IMG/VR virus record: IMGVR_UViG_3300029543_000199
Source of the DNA: a virus
Lineage: Duplodnaviria > Heunggongvirae > Uroviricota > Caudoviricetes
Length of the DNA stretch: 25,859 nucleotides
Strand: one strand, 5' to 3'
Under the pieces are notes generated by a model, which was not told the DNA's origin, did not search any database, and saw nothing but the letters and a program-made list of their open reading frames with translations. The position numbers and the translations under genes are program-made. Below are positions 16,482-25,825 of this stretch, piece after piece (position 1 is the first letter of the stretch; each line of letters opens with the position of its first letter).

Positions 16482-16883
16482 ATGAGAAAAAAAGAAATCA
16501 AATGTCCTTATTGTGGCAGTAAAGCAAAATTAGTTCATTTTTATGATATCTATGGGAAGGACGCAACTCATCCGGAAAGGTATGCGTGGGCATGCGCAAG
16601 ATTTCCACAGTGCGATTCTTATGTAAGCACAATCAAAGGTAGCACGAAACCAGCGGGGACACTTGCCGATGCACAACTACGACATGAGCGGATTGAAGCT
16701 CACAGGGTTATCAAAAAAGTGGTGGAGAGCGGTATGGATCAGCATAGCGTCTATCGTTACCTGGAAGACCGGATGGGTCTGCAGAGAGACCAGTTACACA
16801 TTGCAAGCTCAGGGATTTATTATTGCCGACTGGTACAACAGATTCTGAAATCTTTGTTAGAAAGGAGATGCGGAACATGTTAG
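16482..16883 (+). CDS. Zinc-finger protein, DUF3268-like
   Basis: AGGAGG RBS; CPYCG...WAC...CDSYV...P.GTLA...LR..R..AH...HIA. Confidence 0.85.
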   Translation: MRKKEIKCPYCGSKAKLVHFYDIYGKDATHPERYAWACARFPQCDSYVSTIKGSTKPAGTLADAQLRHERIEAHRVIKKVVESGMDQHSVYRYLEDRMGLQRDQLHIASSGIYYCRLVQQILKSLLERRCGTC

Positions 16884-17452
16884 GTAAGAATGCAGAAAAA
16901 GAATTATTGGCAAACATGGAAGAAATCCGATATATGACCAGAAGTATTGTTCGTAAAAGTGCAATATTTGCGAAATATATGGATATAGAAGATTTTTATC
17001 AGGAGGCGTATATTGAATACTTACAGTCTGTAGATTCGTATGATCACACAAAAGGAAAAAGTCTCCATAATTACGCTTATAGCAGAATCAGGCATCGTTT
17101 GATGAGTATTTTTCGGAAAAACCGGAATATATACCAGGAATATGGAAGCAATAAATTAGAGGAACAGTTGTCATGTAGACAGGATGTAGAAAGTGAATTA
17201 TGTGCAGCGGAGTTTGCGGTGGACTATCTGGAAGTAGAAAAGGAGATGATGAAGGTATATATGGATGCTCCAAAAACGATACAGTATGGAATCCTTGCAA
17301 TCTGTAATGAGGTGCGAGGGATTTCAAAAGCAGAAACAGCGAAAAAACTTGGCATAACTACCAGCTATATTACAGTAAGTATGCGGCGTGCAGCAGACAA
17401 ACTGAAGTTGCCGGTGATGTTTGCCTGGTATGGTTATCATAATCTCAAATGA
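16877..17452 (+). CDS. Short sigma-70-family factor (regions 2 and 4; SigH/ECF-like size)
   Basis: DIEDFYQEAYI.....V.SYD..KG.S...YAY..I region 2; GISKAETAKKLGIT...R.A..KLK region 4 HTH. ATG 16877 after AAGGAG. Confidence 0.85.
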   Translation: MLGKNAEKELLANMEEIRYMTRSIVRKSAIFAKYMDIEDFYQEAYIEYLQSVDSYDHTKGKSLHNYAYSRIRHRLMSIFRKNRNIYQEYGSNKLEEQLSCRQDVESELCAAEFAVDYLEVEKEMMKVYMDAPKTIQYGILAICNEVRGISKAETAKKLGITTSYITVSMRRAADKLKLPVMFAWYGYHNLK

Positions 17453-17492
17453 CTAGAAATGATTTTATGATTTAGTATGAAAAGGAGTAAAA

Positions 17493-17822
17493 ATGGCGAA
17501 TCCGTATAGAAAAGTAATGTACCGATTAAAAGAAAAATGGTCTATTCGGGAAATCGCGGAATTATATGTTGACCGGAATTTCAGTATGGATCTGGTCTCA
17601 CATATTACGGGAATCCCGTTAGCACCATTGAGCCATATCTTATGGGATTATCATCTGCCAGAAGTGAAAAGCAAATATTATACAGAAAACTTTTTAGGCG
17701 AGATTTCCAAACTTACAAAACAAATGCATGCAGAATTTTTCCGGGAAGAGCGGATCTTTACACGACAGTATGAGAATGACAGACGAAAGATGGAGACAGA
17801 TTTTTTAGCAGAGATTTCGTAA
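17493..17822 (+). CDS. Hypothetical protein, possible HTH
   Basis: AAGGAG RBS; IAELY...SMDLVSHITGIP...LSHIL resembles an HTH. Confidence 0.7.
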   Translation: MANPYRKVMYRLKEKWSIREIAELYVDRNFSMDLVSHITGIPLAPLSHILWDYHLPEVKSKYYTENFLGEISKLTKQMHAEFFREERIFTRQYENDRRKMETDFLAEIS

Positions 17823-17870
17823 CAAAAGAATCATAACTCTATTCGTTTCGCAAGGAAGGAAGGGAGAAAA

Positions 17871-18716
17871 ATGGCAGGGAATAAAAAAGTGAACTCTATT
17901 TTTCAACATAAGAGAGAAATACGTGACTATGCACTATGGGCATTGCAGGTGCCGGATATTAGTCCGAAAGAAGATACCTATCTGTTGGTTTCGGAAGCCC
18001 AGGCGGGAAATGTAGATGCCAGAAATATTTTATACCTGGCTTATATGAAGTATGTATTCTACATTGTTTCGCATTATTACAGTTTCAAGGATTATATGGA
18101 AGGGGAAATTGAAGATTGCGTGCAGGAAGGAATGCTTGGATTGTATGAGGCAATCATGCGATTCGATATCACAAAAAATGCGAGTTTTACGACTTACTTA
18201 ACCATCTGGGTGAGAAAATATGTTTCCAGATATCTATCGGAAGATGGAACGATCAAACGATCTTCCAGGATCGTGAAAAAAACCCAACAGTTGCAGAGTG
18301 CCTGCATGGACTATGAGCTGCTTCATGGAAGGCGACCTACGATCGCGGAACTTGCGGAAATAATCGGGGAAAGCGAAAATGTAACCAGAAATCTGCTGGA
18401 AGCATTGCAAAGAGCAAGAATCAAATCTCTGGATCATCCACGAAATGACGATGAAAAGTGGACAGAACAGTTAAAATACGATTATGATCTGGAATCCGAA
18501 GTGTGTCAGGAAGTGATGGATCGTGAATTTGAAAATATGGTCATTGAGGTGCTTCAGAATGAGACCGACCGACAGATCATCGATTATGTTTTTGAGTATG
18601 CTGACAATGACATGACACGCTCGGAGATCGCGGAAAGCGTAGGAGTATCCAAGCAGTATATCTGCAAGCGAATCATCGCAATCAAAGAGCTTTTGAGAAA
18701 AAAACATATCATCTAA
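17871..18716 (+). CDS. Sigma-70-family factor with regions 1.2/2/3/4 (alternative sigma, SigF/SigG/SigB-like architecture)
   Basis: AQAGNVDARN.L, DCVQEG.LGL.EAI.RFD.....FTTY...W.R, GRRPT..ELAE..G, SLD, MT..EIAE.VGVS...I. Confidence 0.92.
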   Translation: MAGNKKVNSIFQHKREIRDYALWALQVPDISPKEDTYLLVSEAQAGNVDARNILYLAYMKYVFYIVSHYYSFKDYMEGEIEDCVQEGMLGLYEAIMRFDITKNASFTTYLTIWVRKYVSRYLSEDGTIKRSSRIVKKTQQLQSACMDYELLHGRRPTIAELAEIIGESENVTRNLLEALQRARIKSLDHPRNDDEKWTEQLKYDYDLESEVCQEVMDREFENMVIEVLQNETDRQIIDYVFEYADNDMTRSEIAESVGVSKQYICKRIIAIKELLRKKHII

Positions 18717-18723
18717 CGGAATG

Positions 18724-18757
18724 AAACATCCTCCGGCATTTTGCCAGGGGATGTTTT
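18724..18757 (+). terminator. Intrinsic terminator after the second sigma gene
   Basis: AAACATCC...GGC-ATTTT-GCC...GGATGTTTT hairpin. Confidence 0.7.
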
Positions 18758-18952
18758 AAGTTTCCGAAAAAGAAGAACTGACGTATTTCTATTAATAGAG
18801 GTCATCTATTCTGTATATACAGAACGTCTAAAAAATAGCGAGAACTATTTCTTATCATGTGGAGCGTTGTCTGCGCTCGGAATCCAATTACAATCGGGAG
18901 CAATCCTGTTTATTTGATAAATGAAACTAACATAGAGAAAGGAGGGTATGTC

Positions 18953-19432
18953 ATGGATTATGCGGTTTTTCAGGACTGTGTCAAGAGTATGGATCTGCGG
19001 CAGCGTTTCCAGAAATTGCAGGATGAGATTTATATCCTGAACAAAAACCGGGAGCTTGTTCCAAATCTTGAATGGGATCAAAGGTACGCCAGAGCATATG
19101 CACAGTTATGGCAGCAGATCCGGCAGCGGATTAAGGTCATACAAAAACGGATGCTTTCCGAATATCACCTGCCTAAGTTGAAAGATGAGCAGAAATATCA
19201 GTGGTTTATGAGGCAATTTTTAAGCCTGACCACACAGGAAGAGGAGAAAATCTGCCAGATGATCTACCGGAAGGAACATTTTAGACGGATCGAATTGGAA
19301 TTTTTTTTATGGAGAGAGACCATCGACCGTCTGGTCGGAGAATATAACGTGCAGAAGGCAGAGGAAGGATTAGAACATGAAAGCATTACAAACACATGCA
19401 CAGATGCTGGAGCCAAGCCTGGGCTTTTTTGA
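18953..19432 (+). CDS. Hypothetical protein
   Basis: AAGGAGG RBS before ATG 18953; predicted helical; no family recognised. Confidence 0.7.
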   Translation: MDYAVFQDCVKSMDLRQRFQKLQDEIYILNKNRELVPNLEWDQRYARAYAQLWQQIRQRIKVIQKRMLSEYHLPKLKDEQKYQWFMRQFLSLTTQEEEKICQMIYRKEHFRRIELEFFLWRETIDRLVGEYNVQKAEEGLEHESITNTCTDAGAKPGLF

Positions 19433-19763
19433 AAATGAATGGTCTGTATTGCTGCAGTTTTTACTGGGACAGGGATATAAACTTTCGATACGGGTTAATG
19501 GATTTTTTGTGATCCGTCCGGGAGAAGATGCCTGTTTTTCACGCTGTCTGAATCTTTTGGAGATTGTGAATGAAGCGTTGGCGTGTAATGCCCGGTGTCA
19601 GCAACTATCCTGTCAGAAGCTGTATGCGAAGCAGGGGGATAGGATGGCTTTATGGAAGGAGATCCACAGTGGTATTGAGCGGGAACGGATGTTCCTGAAA
19701 TTACAGCGGCATCTGTCGAAGCAGGAGGGAGTGCTGGCTAAACAATGGAAACGAATGTGTTAA
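19377..19763 (+). CDS. Hypothetical protein
   Basis: 128-aa ORF after GGAAGGA, in the operon chain. Confidence 0.6.
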   Translation: MKALQTHAQMLEPSLGFFENEWSVLLQFLLGQGYKLSIRVNGFFVIRPGEDACFSRCLNLLEIVNEALACNARCQQLSCQKLYAKQGDRMALWKEIHSGIERERMFLKLQRHLSKQEGVLAKQWKRMC

Positions 19764-19957
19764 AAATGGAAAGCTTCTGGCAGAAACATAAAAAATATGC
19801 AGCAGAAGTGTATGAAATCGGAACCAACGTAACCGGAAAACAGCATGGATATGGAAAATACCGGCAGGGAAAAGCCGAACTGATCTGTGAACTGTTTGAG
19901 ATACCGATGGAACCGTTTTTACAATTTTCAATGGAAAGGGGAAAAGAAGATGGTTGA
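19745..19957 (+). CDS. Hypothetical protein
   Basis: 70-aa ORF overlapping its neighbours; GGAG upstream. Start may be 19766. Confidence 0.55.
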   Translation: METNVLKMESFWQKHKKYAAEVYEIGTNVTGKQHGYGKYRQGKAELICELFEIPMEPFLQFSMERGKEDG

Positions 19958-20330
19958 TATTCTAAAAGGAATGGATGTCTCACTGTGCGTATTCATGGCA
20001 GGGATCGTGGCATTTGTTATCGCGGCGATCCTGTATCTGTTTTTGTGGGAAACCTGGTCGAAAGCCTATGAGGAAGATCTGGAAGAGGAAACCATAGAGT
20101 ATTACATGATCTATACGGTTTGGAGTAAACCGGAATCCTATGGGAGCAGGGTGATCCTGGCAACCGCAGATGAAGCGGAAGCAAGATTCCGGTTCCATCT
20201 GATCCGGACGGTGTCGGAAATATATTTTTCCGGAGCAGCAATTGCGGAACATAGAGACGGAATTCGTATCTCCAAAGGAGACGCAAAACTGTATTATGTG
20301 ATGAAAACGGTGCAGGTAGAAAATCTATAA
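19950..20330 (+). CDS. Hypothetical membrane-anchored protein
   Basis: ATG 19950 after AAGGGG; one N-terminal TM helix (LCVFMAGIVAFVIAAILYLFLW). Confidence 0.7.
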   Translation: MVDILKGMDVSLCVFMAGIVAFVIAAILYLFLWETWSKAYEEDLEEETIEYYMIYTVWSKPESYGSRVILATADEAEARFRFHLIRTVSEIYFSGAAIAEHRDGIRISKGDAKLYYVMKTVQVENL

Positions 20331-20354
20331 AAGAAGAAAGAGAGGACAGAAAAA

Positions 20355-21521
20355 ATGGAACAGTTACAAATTGTAGCGAAGATCACCCCCGGCGCAATCC
20401 AGACCAATTTCGACGAGACGAAACAATGGCTTGCCCAAAAACTACAGAAGTATAATCTGAACAATTATACTGGTGATGACGCCATAAAACAGATGAAAGA
20501 GGGGCGGGCTACGTTAAACAAACTGAGTGATGCCCTTAAAGAGAGAAAACGAGTGGTCAAGGAGCAGTTTCTGGAACCATACACAGCATTTGAGATGGCG
20601 GCAGATGAGCTGCTGGCAATGATCAAGGAGTCCTGCGATACGCTGGATGGGAAAATCAAGGAATATGTGCGTATCGAAAAGCAGGAGCGAGAGGCAGAGA
20701 TCACGAAATATTACCGGGAGGCAGTGGCAGAAGCAGGGATTACCTATGATCTGTGGACACAGATCTATGACGAGAAATGGCTGAATAAAAGTTGCAGCAA
20801 AAAAACTTGGAAGATGGCAATCACAGAAGCAATCCAGTCTTACCAGAAAAACATAATGCTCTTAGGGCAACTTGCGGGTGAAGATGATTTTGAGGCGGCA
20901 CGAAAGCTGTATGAAGTGGACTTAAACTTGCAGGATGCGATAACCTTTATAACCAAGAAAAAGGCAGAAGCGGAAGCACTTGAGCGGGAGCGGATACGCA
21001 TTGCTGCAGAAGAAGCAGCAAAAGCACAGGCACGCGTGGAAGCAGAAACCCGACAGGTAATGCAACAGGCAGAATCTTATGCCAGAGAGCGGGAAGCGGC
21101 TGTACGGAAAGAAGAACAGGAAGCGGCACAGAAGCAGATGCAGCAAAAGCAACAGGAGTTGGAGCAACAGACCTATCTTCGTATGCAGAAGCAGATGCAA
21201 AGGCAGACACAGGCCATGCCGGTACAAAGAGCCGGGATGAGTTACCAGACTGGTATTCCGACAGGTGGAAGCACAATGTCAGGAGGGTGGGCAGCCGCCA
21301 CATCCGGACAGGGAATGCCGCGACCGGCATATGGTATCCGGCAGGGGATGCAGCGGCAGCAACCGGTACAGCGGGGGAATGCACCGATCCAACGGTCAGT
21401 GCAGCAACCCATTTTGCAGACACAGGCGGCAGAACTGTGTACGTTTACGGTACATAGGGTACACCAGGAAGAAGTCTGCCAGTTTTTGACACAACGTGGA
21501 ATAGGGTATCACATTCATTAA
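20355..21521 (+). CDS. DUF1351-like protein with coiled coil and Gln/Pro/Gly-rich linker
   Basis: PGAIQTNFDE.K, RA.LNK, ..K..FL.PY..FE, KWLNK; C-terminal FL..RGI.Y; GAGGA RBS. Confidence 0.8.
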   Translation: MEQLQIVAKITPGAIQTNFDETKQWLAQKLQKYNLNNYTGDDAIKQMKEGRATLNKLSDALKERKRVVKEQFLEPYTAFEMAADELLAMIKESCDTLDGKIKEYVRIEKQEREAEITKYYREAVAEAGITYDLWTQIYDEKWLNKSCSKKTWKMAITEAIQSYQKNIMLLGQLAGEDDFEAARKLYEVDLNLQDAITFITKKKAEAEALERERIRIAAEEAAKAQARVEAETRQVMQQAESYAREREAAVRKEEQEAAQKQMQQKQQELEQQTYLRMQKQMQRQTQAMPVQRAGMSYQTGIPTGGSTMSGGWAAATSGQGMPRPAYGIRQGMQRQQPVQRGNAPIQRSVQQPILQTQAAELCTFTVHRVHQEEVCQFLTQRGIGYHIH

Positions 21522-21543
21522 ACTGCAGAAAGGACATGATTTC

Positions 21544-22806
21544 ATGAGTTTTAATATCAGTGAGGTTGCAGATTACCTTGGAATTGAAAAATTACAGGAT
21601 ACAGGTGGGGATTCCATTCCCATCTGCTGTCCGTATTGCGGCGACCGGAGAGGAAAAAACACAATCTGTATCAGAAAGGATGGAAAGGAAAAAAATGTAT
21701 TCCAGTGTTTTTCCTGCGGCAGGCATGGAAATATGCTGGATTTGTATCTGGATCAGAAAGCCGGATATGTCGGAGTCGATCGCTATAAACGTGCATATGC
21801 AGATCTGAGGGATGCGCTTGGAAAAGGGTACAGGGATCACACCCCAAAAAAGCGGATGGAAGAAACAGACAGAAAAACAGAAAAGACCAAAGCTCCGGTG
21901 AACGTGTTAGACCATACCTACCGGAGCTTGCTGCGTCATCTGACGTTGCAGACGATAGACCGATTGGACCTGCGGCGCCGGATGCTTACTGATGTAGAGA
22001 TAGAGGCGGGATTGTTTCGGTCTGTGCCATCTGATCCGGTGGGCATCTGCCGGATTTTAAAACGGGAAGGATGTACGCTGGAAAACGTACCAGGTTTTTA
22101 TAAAAATGCAGCAGGTAACTGGCAGTTAAATGTATGGGCAGAAGGCTACTTTTGCCCGGTGCTGCAGGATGGATATGTGGTCGGGATGCAGATCCGGCTG
22201 CGTAACCCGAAAAAGCAGAAGTATATCTGGTTATCCAGTTCCGGCAAAAGGGCAGGAATTTCGTCCGGAGCCCCGGTCTGCTTTTATGGCGATCCGGATG
22301 CAGAGTCTGTCATCATCACAGAGGGTATTTTAAAAGCATATGTAACGTACTGTCTGCTTTCGGATATCGGTGTCAGTGTGATCGGAGTGCCGGGGGTGAA
22401 TGTCCTTGGCGGATTGAAGGAGCTTCTAAAGCAGCATCATCATAAGATTGCCTATGAAGCCTACGACATGGACAAGTATATGCCGGTAGCCTGCATGCGG
22501 GACTATGAAGCCAAGAAGTGTGCTGCCTGCATACAGTCAGGCGGGCGTGAAGCCTACTGCCCGGATGGAAGTTGCAGATATAAGGAACGAAAAAGGCAGA
22601 TGATCCAGGAAGCACAGGATTCCCTGCAAAAAGTGATCACCAAGGCAGGTCTGATCGGCAGATCCTATCACTGGGACAGAGATCCGGTCAGCGGTCTGTG
22701 GCTTGGAAACAAAAAAGGGATTGACGATTACTGCAGTATGCGGCGAGGAGGAATGAGTCATGCAGGAGCTGGCTATCCGGGCAGTGCCCGTACAGGTGCG
22801 CTGTGA
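21544..22806 (+). CDS. Zinc-finger + TOPRIM primase-like protein (DUF3854-like)
   Basis: CPYC...FQCFSCG..GN.LDLY, VPGFY, MQIR, KYIWLSS, ITEG.LKA, GVPGV, AYDMD, KGIDDY. Confidence 0.85.
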   Translation: MSFNISEVADYLGIEKLQDTGGDSIPICCPYCGDRRGKNTICIRKDGKEKNVFQCFSCGRHGNMLDLYLDQKAGYVGVDRYKRAYADLRDALGKGYRDHTPKKRMEETDRKTEKTKAPVNVLDHTYRSLLRHLTLQTIDRLDLRRRMLTDVEIEAGLFRSVPSDPVGICRILKREGCTLENVPGFYKNAAGNWQLNVWAEGYFCPVLQDGYVVGMQIRLRNPKKQKYIWLSSSGKRAGISSGAPVCFYGDPDAESVIITEGILKAYVTYCLLSDIGVSVIGVPGVNVLGGLKELLKQHHHKIAYEAYDMDKYMPVACMRDYEAKKCAACIQSGGREAYCPDGSCRYKERKRQMIQEAQDSLQKVITKAGLIGRSYHWDRDPVSGLWLGNKKGIDDYCSMRRGGMSHAGAGYPGSARTGAL

Positions 22807-24964
22807 GTTTGATGATTACCAGGTGGTGATCTATGAGACGGAAGCAGGGGAAGAACTGACGGCCGTTGGCTCCCTGCTGTGTACGGAAGGGGAATGTGTC
22901 CTGCATGGGAATTTTTCCCAACATAAAAAATACGGGAAACAGTTTCAGGTGACATATTGCGAAGAAGTATTGCCGACGACACCGGAAGGGATGAAACGGT
23001 ATCTGGTGAGCAGCGGGATTGCCGAAATAGGAAGTGCAACAGCAGACCGCATCGTGGATACGTTTGGAGCCGAAACATTTCAAGCCATGCGTGATCCCGT
23101 CCGGTTAGCTACGGTACAGGGAATCTCGGCGACAAAAGCGGAAAAGATCGTTGCGTCATTTAAAAAATGCCAGGAGTTACAGGAATATGTACAGTTTTTG
23201 GCAGACTACCGGATCCCAAGCGGAAAAACAAAAGGAGTTTATCAGAAATTTTCCGGGATACCAGATGCACTTTCGGTATTACGGAGCCGTCCATATCTGC
23301 TCTGCATGTGTGAAGGGATCACCTTTGCCATGATTGATGCAGTGCAAAAACAAAGAGAAGGATTTGATCCGATCTATGGTGACCGGATCTGTTTTGCTCT
23401 GTCCGCTGTCATGCAACAGAATGAACAAAACGGACATGTATTTATGCAGAAGGAAGACTTGTTTGAAAAGGCAGTGAATATCCTGCGGACACCGGGGTGT
23501 GACCGGTCAGTGTTTTTCCCATACATGCAAGCAGGACTTGTGTACCTGGTGAAAAACCAGACGTTGATCTATGACTGCGGTGTGCTTTACCGGAAACCGA
23601 TGTACCTGGCAGAAAGTGAGTCAGCAGAAAAACTGCTGAGACTTTTATGGGACGGACAAAAGCAGAAATTATCGAAAGATAAGATCGATGCAGCATTAGT
23701 GGAAGCAGAAAAACGGCAAAAATTGGCACTCTCAAAGGAGCAGAGAAACGCCGTTTCATATGCGCTGACAGAAACAGTGAGCATCATTACTGGTGGACCG
23801 GGAACCGGAAAGACAAGCCTGTTGCAAGTACTGATCTGTGCAGAAGAAATGCTGCATCCGGAAGGAAAACTCACCTTGTGTGCCCCTACCGGGCGTGCTG
23901 CCCGAAAAATGGCGGAGAGTACCGGAAAAGTTGCAGTCACGATGCACCACTTGCTTGAAATCCGTCAGGAGGAGCAGGAACGTGAGGAGAAAGAGGAATT
24001 AAAACTAAGTACAGACCTTGTGATCGTTGATGAGTGTTCCATGGTGAGCATGCAGCTACTGTATGCATTGCTGAAGGCATTGGATAAGGGGACGCGGCTG
24101 GTATTGATCGGGGATTGTGACCAGCTTCCCAGTGTGCAGGCAGGGAATGCATTTGCTGACCTGATCGGAAGCCAGGTGTTTCCGGTTACTTATTTAACAA
24201 AAACCTTCCGGCAGAAACAGGGGAGTGCGATCCTTACCAATGCAAGCTGCATCAACCGCGGACAGGGCAGGTTTTTATGGAATACAGACTGTATGCTCTG
24301 CCAGACCTGGCAGGAAGAGGATACACTGGACGGACTGCTCCAGGTGATCCGCGGTCTGCAAAAACAGGGGATTTCCTCAAAATCCATGCAGGTGCTTACT
24401 CCGTTTCGAAACAAAACGAAGCTTGGATGCATCCAGCTAAACCGGGTGCTGCAGGATCTTATGAACCCGAAAAGGTCAGGAACGGTTGAACTTCTGGTTG
24501 GAAGCCGGTGTTTCCGTTTAAAGGATAAAGTAATGCATTTGGAAAATGAAGAGGATGTGTCTAATGGTGATATTGGTTATATTACAGAGATCAACCAGAC
24601 GGAACGGAAACTGACGGTCTTGTATGAGACGGGCGTGGAACGTACCTACACGTCGGAAGAATTTTCCATGCTGGAGTTAGCGTATGCATTGACGGTACAT
24701 AAAGCTCAGGGCAGCGAATATGATTGCGTGATCCTGCCATTCACCAAGATCTTTGGTCGCATGCGGCAGAAGAACCTTCTGTATACTGCCATGACGCGTG
24801 CCAGGAAAAAGCTGGTGATCGTTGGAAACGAAGAAACGCTATGGTATGCTTCCGGCAATCGTATGGAGCGTAGGAATTCCTATCTGGGATTCCGGCTCAT
24901 GGATGGGAACCGGATGCGGAAACTGGTTGCGAATACAGAGAAAACAGCTTATAATAAAGTATAA
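22760..24964 (+). CDS. recD2: RecD2-like SF1B DNA helicase
   Basis: H.KYG.QF OB region, HhH (GIS...A.KI), GGPGTGKT, APTGRAA, IVDECSM, GD.DQLPSV, LAYALTVHKAQGSEY, LLYTA.TRA. Confidence 0.95.
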   Translation: MQELAIRAVPVQVRCEFDDYQVVIYETEAGEELTAVGSLLCTEGECVLHGNFSQHKKYGKQFQVTYCEEVLPTTPEGMKRYLVSSGIAEIGSATADRIVDTFGAETFQAMRDPVRLATVQGISATKAEKIVASFKKCQELQEYVQFLADYRIPSGKTKGVYQKFSGIPDALSVLRSRPYLLCMCEGITFAMIDAVQKQREGFDPIYGDRICFALSAVMQQNEQNGHVFMQKEDLFEKAVNILRTPGCDRSVFFPYMQAGLVYLVKNQTLIYDCGVLYRKPMYLAESESAEKLLRLLWDGQKQKLSKDKIDAALVEAEKRQKLALSKEQRNAVSYALTETVSIITGGPGTGKTSLLQVLICAEEMLHPEGKLTLCAPTGRAARKMAESTGKVAVTMHHLLEIRQEEQEREEKEELKLSTDLVIVDECSMVSMQLLYALLKALDKGTRLVLIGDCDQLPSVQAGNAFADLIGSQVFPVTYLTKTFRQKQGSAILTNASCINRGQGRFLWNTDCMLCQTWQEEDTLDGLLQVIRGLQKQGISSKSMQVLTPFRNKTKLGCIQLNRVLQDLMNPKRSGTVELLVGSRCFRLKDKVMHLENEEDVSNGDIGYITEINQTERKLTVLYETGVERTYTSEEFSMLELAYALTVHKAQGSEYDCVILPFTKIFGRMRQKNLLYTAMTRARKKLVIVGNEETLWYASGNRMERRNSYLGFRLMDGNRMRKLVANTEKTAYNKV
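24927..24955 (+). promoter_or_regulatory. Sigma-A promoter for the downstream two-gene module (TTGCGA-N17-TATAAT)
   Basis: Perfect -10, 17-bp spacer, 4/6 -35; lies in the last codons of recD2. Confidence 0.6.
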
Positions 24965-25035
24965 TATTAATGGAATTACTAAAAAATTAGCGTTATATGA
25001 AAAGACTTGTAAAAGTAGGAAGGAGGATTTTGATA

Positions 25036-25278
25036 ATGGGTATAACGACAAGACAAGTAGGAAAGTTATCTGTAAAAGTTGTTACGCAAGATAATACCTT
25101 GGAACGAAAAAATTTGATTAGCAGAAATGATCAGGAAATGGATGATAGGGCTATTGCAGCAGTTAAGTCTGCTCTTTATAAAGCCAAGATTTGTAAAAAA
25201 CCCATTGCGAAGTATGATCCAATATTGAAGAAGGCATATGTAGAGTATGCGGATGGAAAGAAGGCATATGTTGACTAG
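25036..25278 (+). CDS. Small protein, putative antitoxin partner of the zeta-like ATPase
   Basis: AGGAGG RBS; 80 aa; overlaps the start of the P-loop gene. Confidence 0.7.
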   Translation: MGITTRQVGKLSVKVVTQDNTLERKNLISRNDQEMDDRAIAAVKSALYKAKICKKPIAKYDPILKKAYVEYADGKKAYVD

Positions 25279-25825
25279 AAAACCTATGGTTTTGGTACTC
25301 GCTGGACCAAATGGATCAGGAAAGAGTACAATTACCCAATATTTTGAAAAGGTTGGTGAATATACAAATGCAGATGATGTTGTTGCATCAACTGGGATGG
25401 ATAATACAAAAGCAGCAAAATTTGTAGATGAGAAACGCTATGCAGCAATTTCTGAAAAAAAGGATTTTACTTTTGAAACTGTATTATCTTCGGACTACAA
25501 GCTTAATATTCTGAGAAAAGCAAAAGAAGAGGGTTATTTTATTAAATGTGTATTTGTGCTTACGATTGATGCACGTATCAATGTTGCAAGGGTTACGGCA
25601 AGAGTTGCACAAGGGGGACACAATGTTGAAAAGGATAAGATTATTTCCAGATATCAAAAATCGCTTGCAAATATCAAAGAGTTATTAAAAATTTGTGATA
25701 TACTTCATGTTTATGATAATACAATGGAAGAACCAGTAAGGATTATAAGGAAACATAAAGAAGATATTTCTATTTTTTCAAATGATTTGTGGAGTGAGGA
25801 AAAAATTCTTTCACTAATGGAATAA
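25268..25825 (+). CDS. Zeta-toxin-like / AAA_33 P-loop protein
   Basis: AGPNGSGKST, NADD, FTFETVLS, RV..RV..GGHNV...I..RY..S, YDNT. Confidence 0.85.
   Translation: MLTRKPMVLVLAGPNGSGKSTITQYFEKVGEYTNADDVVASTGMDNTKAAKFVDEKRYAAISEKKDFTFETVLSSDYKLNILRKAKEEGYFIKCVFVLTIDARINVARVTARVAQGGHNVEKDKIISRYQKSLANIKELLKICDILHVYDNTMEEPVRIIRKHKEDISIFSNDLWSEEKILSLME

Noticed and set aside
18809..18824. CTGTATATACAG considered as a LexA/SOS box
   Set aside because: The spacer is 4 nt rather than the 8 nt of CTGT-N8-ACAG, and Firmicutes use GAAC-N4-GTTC.
18849..18922. TTCTTATCA...TGATAA considered as a SAM-I riboswitch
   Set aside because: Only the P1-like ends match; the GAGGGA kink-turn, GCAACC and GTGC core are absent.
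717..25051. Numerous minus-strand and alternative-frame ORFs of 60-160 aa in the ORF track
   Set aside because: They overlap well-supported + strand genes and lack RBSs or recognisable motifs; they are shadow ORFs.
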